Positions 18,981 through 30,323 of a stretch of 64,000 nucleotides of DNA are shown here, piece by piece (position 1 is the first letter of the stretch; every line of letters begins with the position of its first letter). The notes beneath the pieces were generated by a model. The model did not search any database. It saw nothing but the letters and a program-made list of their open reading frames with translations, and had not been told where the DNA came from. This DNA comes from an uncultured Acidobacteriota bacterium (lineage in GTDB: Bacteria > Acidobacteriota > Thermoanaerobaculia > UBA5066 > Gp7-AA6), in contig CAVXTP010000021.1 of assembly GCA_963764715.1 (NCBI GenBank), positions 288,001-352,000 on the forward strand, in the 5' to 3' direction. A program made the translations under genes and the position numbers.

Positions 18981-20405
18981 TTAGGCGCGCCGTCCCCAGC
19001 GCGGCGCCGCCGGCGCCGTCGCTCCGCCAGGCCCCGAGGGCCTCTCCCGCCGCGGGTGCGACGGGCCGGAGTGTGCGGCATGGCCGGCGTGGCCGGACGA
19101 CGGTCCCGCGGGCCGCGGCGACGAAGCCGGGCGGTGATGCGAGGCGCGCGAGCCCTGGGCCGCGAGGTTCGCGATCCGGCGCTCGGCCTTCTCCTTCGCG
19201 CGCTTGCGTTCCTCGGCCTTCCGCGCTCGGATCTGCGCGATGCGCTCGGCGATGGGGACCTCGAAGCGCTCGGCCGGCGCCTTGGAGTAATCGAAGCCGG
19301 GCACGGTGATGCGGGGGAGGCGCTTGCCGATCGCCCGCTCGATCGCGGCGAGGTCGGTCTGCTCCTCCGGCGCCACGAACGTGAACGCGTCGCCGGTCAT
19401 CTCGGCGCGCGCCGTGCGGCCGACGCGGTGGATGTAGTCCTCGGGAACGTTCGGCACGTCGAAGTTGATGACGTGGGAGAGCGCCTCGACGTCGATGCCG
19501 CGGGCGGCGATGTCGGTTGCGACGAGGACGCGGAACTTGCCGCTCTTGAATCCGGCGAGGGCCTGGGTCCGCTGGACCTGGGAGCGGTTGCCGTGAATGC
19601 GCTCGCAATCGATGCCCTTCTTCGTAAGCGTTTCGGCGAGGCGGTTGGCGCGGTGCTTGGTGCGCGTGAAGACGAGGACGTTCTTGATGTCGCCGCGCTT
19701 CAGGAGTTCGACGAGGAGCGGCGCCTTGAGGTTCTGGTTGACCGGGTAGACCGCCTGCGTGATCCCGACGGCCGGCGCCGCCTGGCGCTCGATGTTGACG
19801 CTGACGGGGTTCTTCAGGATCTCGCGCGTGAGCTGGGCGATCGGGGCCGGCATCGTGGCCGAGAAGAAGAGTGTCTGGCGTTTCGCCGGGACGTGCTTGA
19901 GGACCCGTCGGATGTCGGGAAGGAAGCCCATGTCGAGCATCCGGTCGGCCTCGTCGAGGACGAGGACCTCGAGGTGGTCGAGCTTCGCGTAGGGGAAGCG
20001 GAAGTGATCGAGCAGGCGCCCCGGGGTCGCGATGAGCAGGTCGGCACCGCTGCGGAACGCGTGTTCCTGGGGCCCCATCGACACGCCGCCGAAGACGGCC
20101 GCGGCCGACAGCGGGGTGTGGACCGTCAGCTGCTTCGCGTGCTCCTCGATCTGCGCCGCGAGCTCGCGCGTCGGCGTCAGGATGAGGGCCCGGGTGACGC
20201 CGCGCTTCTTGCCGATCAGGTGGTGGAAGATCGGCAGGAGAAAGGCGGCGGTCTTCCCGCTGCCCGTCATGGCGCACGCGAGGAGGTCGCGGCCCTCCAT
20301 GGCGGGCGGAATCGCGTCGTCCTGGATCGGCGTGGGGCGGGTGAAGCCCATTTCGCGCACGCCGCGCAGAAGATCCGGGTGAAGTCCGAACTGGTTGAAA
20401 GGCAA
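18981..20405 (-). CDS. DEAD-box RNA helicase (RhlE-like)
   Basis: Q motif, TGSGKT, PTRELA, TPGR, DEAD, SAT and HRVGRTAR motifs. TTG start with AGGAGG RBS. Confidence 0.95.
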   Translation of the reverse strand: MPFNQFGLHPDLLRGVREMGFTRPTPIQDDAIPPAMEGRDLLACAMTGSGKTAAFLLPIFHHLIGKKRGVTRALILTPTRELAAQIEEHAKQLTVHTPLSAAAVFGGVSMGPQEHAFRSGADLLIATPGRLLDHFRFPYAKLDHLEVLVLDEADRMLDMGFLPDIRRVLKHVPAKRQTLFFSATMPAPIAQLTREILKNPVSVNIERQAAPAVGITQAVYPVNQNLKAPLLVELLKRGDIKNVLVFTRTKHRANRLAETLTKKGIDCERIHGNRSQVQRTQALAGFKSGKFRVLVATDIAARGIDVEALSHVINFDVPNVPEDYIHRVGRTARAEMTGDAFTFVAPEEQTDLAAIERAIGKRLPRITVPGFDYSKAPAERFEVPIAERIAQIRARKAEERKRAKEKAERRIANLAAQGSRASHHRPASSPRPAGPSSGHAGHAAHSGPSHPRRERPSGPGGATAPAAPRWGRRA

Positions 20406-20575
20406 GGCAATCCTCCTGGGAGCAAAATCCGGCTGTGTTTTGTGTTGGGGAACGGAGGATTCGCCGGCGAGGCCTACGTTCGCGGGGCGCGGGAGCGCTC
20501 CAAAAGACGGCCTAGACTCTCACAGACCTCCCCGAAACGCAAACTCCGCTCCCCGCGCCGCCCGCGGCCGGCCGG

Positions 20576-21259
20576 TCAGGCGCCCTTGTTCCACCAGCGC
20601 GAAAGCCGGCCCGTCGCGATGGCCGGAGCTCCCGACGGCGACGGCGAGTAGTGCGAGATGTCGTTGAAGAGCGAGAGCCGCGCGTGTCCGACGTCGCGGA
20701 AGTCGAGGATGTTGAGCGACGCCGGGCTCTGGTCGAGGTGGTCGCGGTAACGGCGCAGGTCGAAGCCGAGGAGCGATCCGATCATCAGGCGGATCGTCGC
20801 CTTGTGCGATGCGATGATGACCGGGACGCCCGGATGCGTCGTGACGATCTCGAGCAGCGCCGGCATCGCCCGCGCGGTCACGGCGAGCCCGGTCTCTCCG
20901 CCGGAGGGAGCGAAGGAGTAGGGGTCGGCTTCCCAGCGGGCGTACTCCTCGGGGAACTCCTTCTCGACGTCGGCTCGCGTCTTGCCCTCCCAGCGTCCAT
21001 GCGAGACCTCCCGGAGGCCGTCCCGGGGCTCGACGGTCTTCCCGTGCGGCGCGGCGAGGATTCGCCCGGTCTCCATCGTGCGGCCGAGCGGGCTGGCGTA
21101 GACGGCGGCGATCGGCTCGTGCGCGAGCCGCCCGGCGAGCTTGCGGAGCTGCTCGCGGCCCTCGTCGGAGAGCGCGACGTCGGTCTCTCCGGCGAAGCGG
21201 TCCTCCGCCGAGAGCACGGTGGCGCCGTGGCGCACGAGGTAGATTCGCGTGGCGGTCAT
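20576..21259 (-). CDS. Histidine phosphatase (phosphoglycerate mutase) family protein
   Basis: LVRHG, SPLGR, LREVSHGRWEG and SH motifs; ATGA overlap. Confidence 0.9.
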   Translation of the reverse strand: MTATRIYLVRHGATVLSAEDRFAGETDVALSDEGREQLRKLAGRLAHEPIAAVYASPLGRTMETGRILAAPHGKTVEPRDGLREVSHGRWEGKTRADVEKEFPEEYARWEADPYSFAPSGGETGLAVTARAMPALLEIVTTHPGVPVIIASHKATIRLMIGSLLGFDLRRYRDHLDQSPASLNILDFRDVGHARLSLFNDISHYSPSPSGAPAIATGRLSRWWNKGA

Positions 21260-21609
21260 CCCTTCACCTTCATGCCTTTCTTCGCGAGGATCTCGCGCAG
21301 GCGTTCGCGCTGGTCTCCCTGGAGCTCGATCCACCCGTCGCCCGCCGCGCCCCCGGTTCCGCAGGCCTTCTTGAGCTCGCGGCCGAGCCCCTCGAGGTAG
21401 GCCCGGTTCCGCGGCAGCCCGTCGACGACCGTGACGTGCTTTCCGGAGGCGCGGTTCTCCAGGCGCAGCTTCGCCGTGGGCGTTTCCGGCACGGCCTCCT
21501 CGGCCGCCGATGCGTTCTTCGAGCAGCGGCAGTCGTCGGCGGGCCACCCGCACACCGGGCAGACGCGCCCGGTTCCGCTGGAGTACACGACCCGGTCTTT
21601 CGGGGCCAT
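21256..21609 (-). CDS. yciH: Translation initiation factor SUI1/YciH
   Basis: VYSS, CPVC..P...C.C, GKHVTVVDGL, LKKACGTGG and IELQGDQR motifs. Confidence 0.85.
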   Translation of the reverse strand: MAPKDRVVYSSGTGRVCPVCGWPADDCRCSKNASAAEEAVPETPTAKLRLENRASGKHVTVVDGLPRNRAYLEGLGRELKKACGTGGAAGDGWIELQGDQRERLREILAKKGMKVKG

Positions 21610-23450
21610 CAGGCCCCCTCGGCCGCCATCAGGGCGAGGAGGTCCTTGCCGTAGGCCTCGAGCTTGGCGGGGCCGATGCCGGGAATCTCGGAGAGGGCGT
21701 CGAGCGTCGCGGGCCGCGCCGCGGCCAGGGCGGCGAGGGTCTTGTCGTGGAGGACGACGTAGGCCGGCACCGCGCGCCGCGCAGCCTCGAGCCGGCGCCA
21801 CTCCCGCAGGGCCTCGATCCGCGAAGGATCCGCGGGCCCGGCGGCCGCGAGCGTCTTCGAGATCTTGCGGCGCTTCGCCTTCGGGCGCGGCGGTTCCGGA
21901 AGCGTCAGCGCGACGAGCCCGGTCCGGCCCGCCATGACGTCACGCCCGGCCGGCGTCAGGGAGAGCGTGCGGTAGGCGTCGTCGGTCGCGGCGAGGAGCC
22001 CTCCGCCCTGCGCCGCGTCGATCCAGTCGCCGACGGTCCGGGCGCTCTCGCCCGAGAGAATCCCGGTCGTCGAGAGCCGGGTGAGCGAGTCGGGGAGCCC
22101 GTCGAGCTCGCCCGTGAGCATGGCGACGAGCTTGCGCTTTCCCCAGCGTTCGCCGCCGCGCGCCACGCCCGAGAGGATCTTGCGCAGGCGCAGGAGGTCC
22201 TCCGGCGAGAGCTCGCGCCGCCGCGCGCAGTTGCCGCAGAACCCGCAGTCCGCCGCGGCCTCGCGCTCGCCGAAGTAGCGGAGAAGCGTGGCGCGGTAGC
22301 AGCCGGAGGAGTCGGCGTAGGCGATCATGCGCGCGAGCTTCTTCGAGTCGAGCTCCCGCCGGTCGTTTCCCTGAACGGACTCCTCGACCTGTTCGATCAG
22401 GAATTCCCGCGTGCGCACGTCGACGTAGTTCCAGAGCAGCGTCGCGTCGGCCCGCCGTCCGTCGCGCCCGCCGCGGCCGATTTCCTGGTAGTACGCCTCG
22501 AGCGAGCCGGGGATCTCGAAGTGCACGACGGCCTCGACGTCGGGCCGGTCGATCCCCATGCCGAACGCGTTGGTGGCGCACACGACCGAGAGGGAGCCGT
22601 CGGCGAAGCTGTCCTGCACGCGCGTCCGGTCGGGCTCGTCCATCCCCGCGTGGTAAGCGCCGGCGGCGATGCCGGCGGCCTGCAGCGCTTCCGCCGCGCG
22701 GGTCGCGCTCTTGCGGGTCGAGGCGTAGACCAGCGCGCGGCGCCGTCCGACGAGCTCCGGCAGGAGGCCGCGCTTCTCGATCTCTCCCGAGACCCGGCGC
22801 ACGTCGAGGAAGAGGTTGGGGCGGTCGAACCCGGCGACGAAGACCTCGGGGTCCTCGAGGCCAAGGAGGCTCACGATGTCCTGGCGGACCTCCGGGGTCG
22901 CCGTCGCCGTGAACGCGAGGATCGGCGGCCTTCCGGCGGCGCCGTCGGCCCGCCGGCAGCTCCGCGCCGCGGCGGCGAGCGACCGGTAGTCCGGCCGGAA
23001 GTCGTGGCCCCACTCGGAGACGCAGTGGGCCTCGTCGACTGCGAAACGGGCCAGGGGCGACGCGGCGAGGAGGCGCCGGAAGGCTTCCGACGCGAATCGC
23101 TCGGGCGCGACGTAGAGGAGCCGCAGCCGCCCCTCGCGCATCGCGGCCTCGGCGGCGCGCCGTTCCGCGGGCGTCGCCAGGGAGTGGAGCGCGGCGGCCG
23201 GGATCCCCTTGCGGACGAGCTCGTCGACTTGGTCCTTCATGAGGGCGATGAGCGGCGAGACGACGAGCGTCGTGCCGGGCAGGAGCAGCGCGGGAAGCTG
23301 GTAGCCGATCGACTTGCCCGATCCCGTCGGCATCACGGCGAGAAGGTCCCGGCCCTCGAGCGCGGCGCGCACGATCTCTTCCTGGCCGGCGCGGAAGGAA
23401 TCATGGCCGAAGTGGCGGCGGAGCGCGGCGCGGGCATCCATCGGCGGCAT
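21609..23450 (-). CDS. recQ: RecQ-family ATP-dependent DNA helicase with RQC and HRDC domains
   Basis: MPTGSGKS, DEAHCVSEWGHDFRPDY, TNAFGMGID, YYQEIGRGGRDG, CGFCGNC and a C-terminal HRDC domain. Confidence 0.9.
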   Translation of the reverse strand: MPPMDARAALRRHFGHDSFRAGQEEIVRAALEGRDLLAVMPTGSGKSIGYQLPALLLPGTTLVVSPLIALMKDQVDELVRKGIPAAALHSLATPAERRAAEAAMREGRLRLLYVAPERFASEAFRRLLAASPLARFAVDEAHCVSEWGHDFRPDYRSLAAAARSCRRADGAAGRPPILAFTATATPEVRQDIVSLLGLEDPEVFVAGFDRPNLFLDVRRVSGEIEKRGLLPELVGRRRALVYASTRKSATRAAEALQAAGIAAGAYHAGMDEPDRTRVQDSFADGSLSVVCATNAFGMGIDRPDVEAVVHFEIPGSLEAYYQEIGRGGRDGRRADATLLWNYVDVRTREFLIEQVEESVQGNDRRELDSKKLARMIAYADSSGCYRATLLRYFGEREAAADCGFCGNCARRRELSPEDLLRLRKILSGVARGGERWGKRKLVAMLTGELDGLPDSLTRLSTTGILSGESARTVGDWIDAAQGGGLLAATDDAYRTLSLTPAGRDVMAGRTGLVALTLPEPPRPKAKRRKISKTLAAAGPADPSRIEALREWRRLEAARRAVPAYVVLHDKTLAALAAARPATLDALSEIPGIGPAKLEAYGKDLLALMAAEGA

Positions 23451-23488
23451 TATGACGGCTGGGCCGCGACGCGCCCTCTCGTCCCGCC

Positions 23489-24955
23489 GTGAGATACTTC
23501 CGTGCGGAGCGATTGCCGATCATCGGTTCCCTGCTTCTCGCGGCGGCCCTCTCCTGGGGCGCCTCCCCGGGCGCAGGCGCCGCCGCCCGGACGCCGGCTC
23601 GGGGCGCGGAGTTGACTCCCGAAGCGGAACGGACCCTCCGCCGGGTCATCCTCGGCCTCGAGCCGAACCAGACCAGGCTCTTCATGCTGCCGGAGACGGC
23701 GGCGTGGGACCCGAAGACGAAGGACCCGCGCGTCCGCTGGCTGCGCCGGCAGCTCTATCGCCTGAACTTCGAGCTCTCCCACGGCCAGATCCTCCGCCAC
23801 TCGCCGCCCCACACCCGCTTCTTCATCGCCGTGCCCGACCCGGCCACGACACCCGAGGCCCTCGGCAACGAGGAGGCGGTCTTCCGGGAGCACCTGCGGG
23901 AGCGGGTCGGCTGGTCGGACGCGGTCATCGAGCAGCGCGTGCGGTTCTTCTCCGTCCCGCTGCCGGTCCTCTTTCCCCAGGACATGGCCGAGCCGATGGG
24001 CTACGACGCGGAGGGCCGGCTGATCCTCGGAATCGGGGACGACGTCGAGGATGGCTATCGCCAGGCGGTCGATCGCCTCGTCGCGGCGTTCCCGGAGGAG
24101 TTCGCGGTTCGCCGCCTTCGCGGGATCAACACCGAGGGCGGCGATCTCGCCGTCGTCCGCCTGCCCGAAGGCGGCGTCGGACTGCTCGTCGGACACAACC
24201 GCATCGCGCGCTTCGTGCGGCAGCGACATCCCGAGACCGTCGAGGGAGCGCCGATCCCGGACGCGCTCGTCGCGGAGGCCCGCCGGGGCTACCAGGAGGC
24301 GTTCGGCGGCGTCGAGACCATCGTCATCGGGCGGGAGGCCCTGCGCAATCCGCGCCTTTCGAACCCCGAGATCTTCCACCTCGACATGCTCGTCGCGGTC
24401 CTGAAGACGCCGTCGGGCGTGGTCGCCTTCGTTCCGACGTACGAAGGCAGTCCGATCGACGCCCTGACCCACGTCCACCTTGCCGCGGAGGCCGTGCGGA
24501 GGTTCCAGGCCGAGTACGACCGCACCGCGGCCGAGCTCGCCGCGCGGGGCTACCGCGTGGCCCGGGTCCCGTTCGCCGATCATCCCGCGCGCAATCCCGT
24601 AGGGGTCGGCAAGTTCGTCGATCCGGCCTCCGGGCGGCCTTGGATCATGCCGGGCCGGTATCCGGACCACCTCGCGGTCGACGATGGCCGGAACGCCCAG
24701 ACGCAGCTTCAGATCGCCTTCGAGGCCCTGGATGCCGCGGTCGCCGCCTGGCGGCACGACCCGACGGACGCGCGGTGGAGCGCCGTCCAGGCCGCGGTCG
24801 CCGCCGCCTGGCGGCAGATGGACGCCTCGGTGGCGGCGCCGAGCCCCATGTTCGAGAGCCAGCGGAAAGTCTTCGAATCCTACGGGGTCAGCGTGCGGCC
24901 GCTCCCGATCTTCCCGACGGGCGAGGGCGGGGTGCACTGTCTCGTGCTCAAATAG
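23489..24955 (+). CDS. Exported pentein-superfamily (guanidino-group-modifying) enzyme
   Basis: Signal peptide; FPQD, EGGD, FHLD and C-terminal GGVHC motifs in the canonical order. Confidence 0.6.
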   Translation: MRYFRAERLPIIGSLLLAAALSWGASPGAGAAARTPARGAELTPEAERTLRRVILGLEPNQTRLFMLPETAAWDPKTKDPRVRWLRRQLYRLNFELSHGQILRHSPPHTRFFIAVPDPATTPEALGNEEAVFREHLRERVGWSDAVIEQRVRFFSVPLPVLFPQDMAEPMGYDAEGRLILGIGDDVEDGYRQAVDRLVAAFPEEFAVRRLRGINTEGGDLAVVRLPEGGVGLLVGHNRIARFVRQRHPETVEGAPIPDALVAEARRGYQEAFGGVETIVIGREALRNPRLSNPEIFHLDMLVAVLKTPSGVVAFVPTYEGSPIDALTHVHLAAEAVRRFQAEYDRTAAELAARGYRVARVPFADHPARNPVGVGKFVDPASGRPWIMPGRYPDHLAVDDGRNAQTQLQIAFEALDAAVAAWRHDPTDARWSAVQAAVAAAWRQMDASVAAPSPMFESQRKVFESYGVSVRPLPIFPTGEGGVHCLVLK

Positions 24956-24984
24956 CGCTGGCGCGGCGCGCCCGGTCCGTGTAG

Positions 24985-26886
<1,902 letters not shown>

Positions 26887-26960
26887 ACCCGCCGTCCCTG
26901 GCTTTCATCCCGAGGCGCATCGCGCGCCGGCAATCCCTTCCTTTTCCCCGGAAGGCCTCT

Positions 26961-29405
26961 CTACTGCAGGTTGAAGGTCTTGGTGATGAACACCGCCATT
27001 TGTCCGCGCGTGTTGGGGTTGAGCGGGCAATAGTTGCCTCCGCCGCAGCCTCCGGTGATCTGCTCGGCCGCAAGCTGCTCGATCCAGTCGGCGAACTGCG
27101 ACGGGCAGGGTACGTCGGGGAACACTCCCGTACAGCCGGGCGGCACGTACCCCGACCCGTGCTTCGCCTTGAGCAGGAAGACGGCCATCTGGTCCCGACG
27201 CACCGGATTGGTCGGGCAGTAGACGCCGGTGCCGCAGCCTCCGGTGATCCCCTGCGCCGCCAGCTCTTCGATCCAGTCGCCGAAACCGGACCCCGGGGTG
27301 CAGGAAACGTCCGAGAACACGCCGGTGCACGGCGGCGGCACGTAGCAGATTCCGTACTTCCCCTTGAGGAGGAAGACCGCCATCTGCTGGCGCAGCGTCG
27401 GGTTGGCCACGCCGTAGTTCCCGCCGCCCACGCCCGCCGTGATGCCGTTGCGGACCAGAGTCGTGACGAAGGCGTGGAAGGTATTGTTGAGGGGAACGTC
27501 GAGGAAGTCCGCGACGTAGCCGCTCGAGAGCGTTCCGGACGTGCCGTCGAGATTGGTCACGACGACGTTGCCGAGGGTCCCCGGCGGCAACGCCGGCGTC
27601 CTGGCCGAGATCTGGGTCGGGGAGGTCACGAAGACGTCCGTGGCGGGCTGGCCGCCGACCGTGACGGTGACGCCGTCCTTGAAGTCGGTTCCCTTGATCG
27701 TGAAGAGCGATCCGCCCGCGGGAGCCCCGGAGACCGGCGAGATGGAGAACACGATGCGGGGAGACAGCTCCGAGGTGTTCCCGTTCGGATCGGTCGCCGT
27801 CACGGTGACGGGCTGGCCGACCTCGATGGTGAAGGGGAGGTCGGCGCTGAAGGGCGTGTGGCCGGTCCCGTCGGTGACGACGTCCATCGAGCCCAGATAC
27901 AGGAGCCCCTCGGTGAAGTCCTGGGGACGGCCCTCGCAGGGCGGGTTCGCGTAGAAATCGAGCGTGTAGCTCGTCGAGGCGGCGCTGTCCAGCGTGCCCT
28001 CGACGTGCGTGCCCGACGGCGCCGTCGGCACCGCCGAGATCACGATTGGATAGTTCTGCCGGCTGTTGGGGCCTCCGTCGGCGTCCAGAACGTCGTTCGC
28101 CGTGACGTCGTCGCCGCCGAGGTCGATTCCGATCCCGCCGTTGGAGTAGATCGAGTTCCCGCGGATCGGGTTGCCGTTGAGGGGTGCCGTCAAGCCCTGG
28201 ACCTCGATTCCCGAGCCGAGGTTATAGGCGACGACGTTGGCCTCGCCCGGGTTGATTCCGCCGCAGATCGCGCCGTTGGACGCGAGGACGATGCCGTCGG
28301 TTCCGTTGCCGATCGCGAAAGTTCCGGTCGCGTCCGTACCCACGAGGTTTCCCTGCACGACCGCGCCGGTGGCCTGGAAGATCAGGATGCCATTGAGCCC
28401 GTTGCCGGAAGCGAGGTTGCCCGCGCCCTCCGCCGTGCCGCCGACGAGGACGTCCGTCGCTTCCACCTCGATTCCGTAACTCTCGTTGGGGACGGGCGCG
28501 TCGCCGGCCGGGTTGGTCCCCACGTAGTTGCCGCTGGCGACCTTCCCCGGACCGGTGCCGCGGAAGCGGATGCCGTAGTTGACGTTGCCGGAGACGACGT
28601 TTCGGCTCGCGGCGGTCGTTCCGCCGATCAGGATGCTGGATCCCACGCCCAACGTCTCGATTCCGGTCTGCTGTCCCGGGATCGCGTTGCCTCCGCTCGC
28701 GTCGGTGCCGATGAGGTTGCCCTGCACGAGGTGATTCGTGCCGCTCCCGCCCGCCCCGCCGGCCTGCCCGAAGCTGATGCCGTAAAACGCATTTCCCGAG
28801 ATGAGATTCCGGGCGGCGGGCGTGGTGCCGCCGATCGTCACGTTGGCCGGCCCGGAGTTCAGGAGGATTCCGGCGAAGGCGTTACCGAGCGCCGCGGTGC
28901 CCGCCGGATTGGTGCCGATGAAATTGCCCTCGATCCCGAGGCCGTCGGTTCCCTCGACGCGGATACCGGAGCTTGCGGCCCGGTTGAGGACCAGCCCGCG
29001 GACCGTGCTGCCGTCCGCGGCGGACGTGAAGTGCAGGATCGCGTCCACGGTGAGGGCGCCGGTGTTCGTGCCGTCGATCTCGATCATGAGCTGCGCGTTG
29101 GTGCCGAGCTCGGGGCCGTTCGTGTTCGCCGTCGCGCCGGGTTGGGTGTAACCGTCGATCGTGACGGGGCCGGTGATCTGGGGGAGCGCCGTAGCCGGGA
29201 CGATCGTATGAACGCCCGCCCCGACGATGTTGAAGGCGATCGTGTCGGCGCCGGCGGCCGCGTTGGCGTCGAGGATCGCCTGGCGGAGCGTTCCCGGGCC
29301 GGCGTCGGCCGTGCTCGTGACCGTGAAGGTCGCGGCGCCGGAGACTCCCGGGACCGCGGCGAGCAGAACCGAGGCGAGGAGAAGACCGAAACGCGAAAGA
29401 CGCAT
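26961..29405 (-). CDS. Secreted beta-helix + IPT/TIG + Cys-rich SLH-like surface protein (paralog 14, separated from the array by the CBS gene)
   Basis: Signal peptide, ATFTVT..D.G.G.LRQAI, GN.IGT repeats, NTSE.S, IPT domain and three RxQMAVF repeats. RBS before ATG 29405. Confidence 0.85.
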   Translation of the reverse strand: MRLSRFGLLLASVLLAAVPGVSGAATFTVTSTADAGPGTLRQAILDANAAAGADTIAFNIVGAGVHTIVPATALPQITGPVTIDGYTQPGATANTNGPELGTNAQLMIEIDGTNTGALTVDAILHFTSAADGSTVRGLVLNRAASSGIRVEGTDGLGIEGNFIGTNPAGTAALGNAFAGILLNSGPANVTIGGTTPAARNLISGNAFYGISFGQAGGAGGSGTNHLVQGNLIGTDASGGNAIPGQQTGIETLGVGSSILIGGTTAASRNVVSGNVNYGIRFRGTGPGKVASGNYVGTNPAGDAPVPNESYGIEVEATDVLVGGTAEGAGNLASGNGLNGILIFQATGAVVQGNLVGTDATGTFAIGNGTDGIVLASNGAICGGINPGEANVVAYNLGSGIEVQGLTAPLNGNPIRGNSIYSNGGIGIDLGGDDVTANDVLDADGGPNSRQNYPIVISAVPTAPSGTHVEGTLDSAASTSYTLDFYANPPCEGRPQDFTEGLLYLGSMDVVTDGTGHTPFSADLPFTIEVGQPVTVTATDPNGNTSELSPRIVFSISPVSGAPAGGSLFTIKGTDFKDGVTVTVGGQPATDVFVTSPTQISARTPALPPGTLGNVVVTNLDGTSGTLSSGYVADFLDVPLNNTFHAFVTTLVRNGITAGVGGGNYGVANPTLRQQMAVFLLKGKYGICYVPPPCTGVFSDVSCTPGSGFGDWIEELAAQGITGGCGTGVYCPTNPVRRDQMAVFLLKAKHGSGYVPPGCTGVFPDVPCPSQFADWIEQLAAEQITGGCGGGNYCPLNPNTRGQMAVFITKTFNLQ

Positions 29406-29486
29406 GGGCACACCTCTCCGTTGAGACTTTTCGAGGCGCGAGTCTAATGCATCCGGCCTCGAGGCCGAATGCGGGGAGTGGTTCAC

Positions 29487-29521
29487 ATTTCAGACGCGCA
29501 ATCGCGGGCGAAACGGGATCA
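29487..29521 (-). promoter_or_regulatory. Putative ECF-sigma promoter, copy 2
   Basis: TGATCCCGTTTCGCCCGCGATTGCGCGTCTGAAAT matches 60981-61015 at 21/35 ungapped positions. Confidence 0.45.
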
Positions 29522-29631
29522 CCGTGGCGCCGGAGGATGGGATCGCGGCCTTGGCCACGCCGCCGGGGTGAGAGACCGCGTTCCTGCCCCGGCAGGAACG
29601 ATTCCTGCATGACCGCCGGGTGGAGGTGACC

Positions 29632-30093
29632 ATGAAAGCCAGCGAGCTGATGACGAAGGACCCGCGCACGTGCGAGCCCCACCACGACCTGCTCTGCGCG
29701 ATCCGGATCATGAAGGAGGAGGACACGGGCATCGTTCCCGTCACCGAAGGCAACGGCGAGGCGCGGGTGGCGGGGGTCGTGACCGACCGCGACATCGTGC
29801 TCCAGCTCGGCGCCCGGGACGCCCGGCCGTCGGAGGTCAACGTCGCCGCCGCGATGAGCGGCGACGTCGTCTCGGTCGCCCCGGAGGCGGACGTCCATGA
29901 GGTCAGCCGGCAGATGCAGGAGAAGCAGGTGCGCCGCGTCCTCGTCGTGGACGGCAAGCGCCTCGTCGGGATCGTCTCGACGGCGGACCTCGCCCGCGCG
30001 AGCGCCCGCAAGGAAGGGCGCCTCGGCGAGGAAGTCGAGAGCGTGATCGAGAAGGTCTCCGAGGACACCGGCCGCGCCCGCGCGTCCGAGTGA
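29632..30093 (+). CDS. CBS-domain protein
   Basis: G.VPV, GVVTDRDIV, QVRR.LVVD and GIVS.ADL motifs; GGAGG RBS. Confidence 0.9.
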   Translation: MKASELMTKDPRTCEPHHDLLCAIRIMKEEDTGIVPVTEGNGEARVAGVVTDRDIVLQLGARDARPSEVNVAAAMSGDVVSVAPEADVHEVSRQMQEKQVRRVLVVDGKRLVGIVSTADLARASARKEGRLGEEVESVIEKVSEDTGRARASE

Positions 30094-30126
30094 CGCCAGC
30101 GGGCGCGGCGCGGCCCCGCGCTCGAG

Positions 30127-30153
30127 CTACTGGAGCGAGAAGGTCTTGACCAC
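30127..30153 (-). pseudogene. Orphan duplicate of the SLH gene 3' end (VVKTFSLQ*)
   Basis: GTGGTCAAGACCTTCTCGCTCCAGTAG; 23/24 nt identical to the last 8 codons of the gene ending at 30324. Confidence 0.85.
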
Positions 30154-30280
30154 GACCCGACCACCGAAGGCAGACCCCCGGCAGTAGGGAGTCGGCCACC
30201 GAAGGCAAACCCTCGGCAGTAGACAACGCTGGCCGAGAGGCCAGCGGTAACTCACGCCGTGCAAGGCACGGCGGTAACTG
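30154..30280 (-). repeat. Two-hairpin element copy 1, with a diverged 63-nt copy nested at 30191-30253
   Basis: AGTTAC-hairpin A-T^[nested copy]^T-hairpin B-TC; homologous to 42484-42547 and 56402-56465. Confidence 0.9.
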
Positions 30281-30323
30281 ACCGTCGCGACTTGATCGCC
30301 GTAATCGTGTGGCGTCGTCGAAG

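Noticed and set aside
20406-20575. Possible structured 5' leader of the DEAD-box helicase
   Set aside because: No recognisable riboswitch or thermometer motif could be supported by eye.
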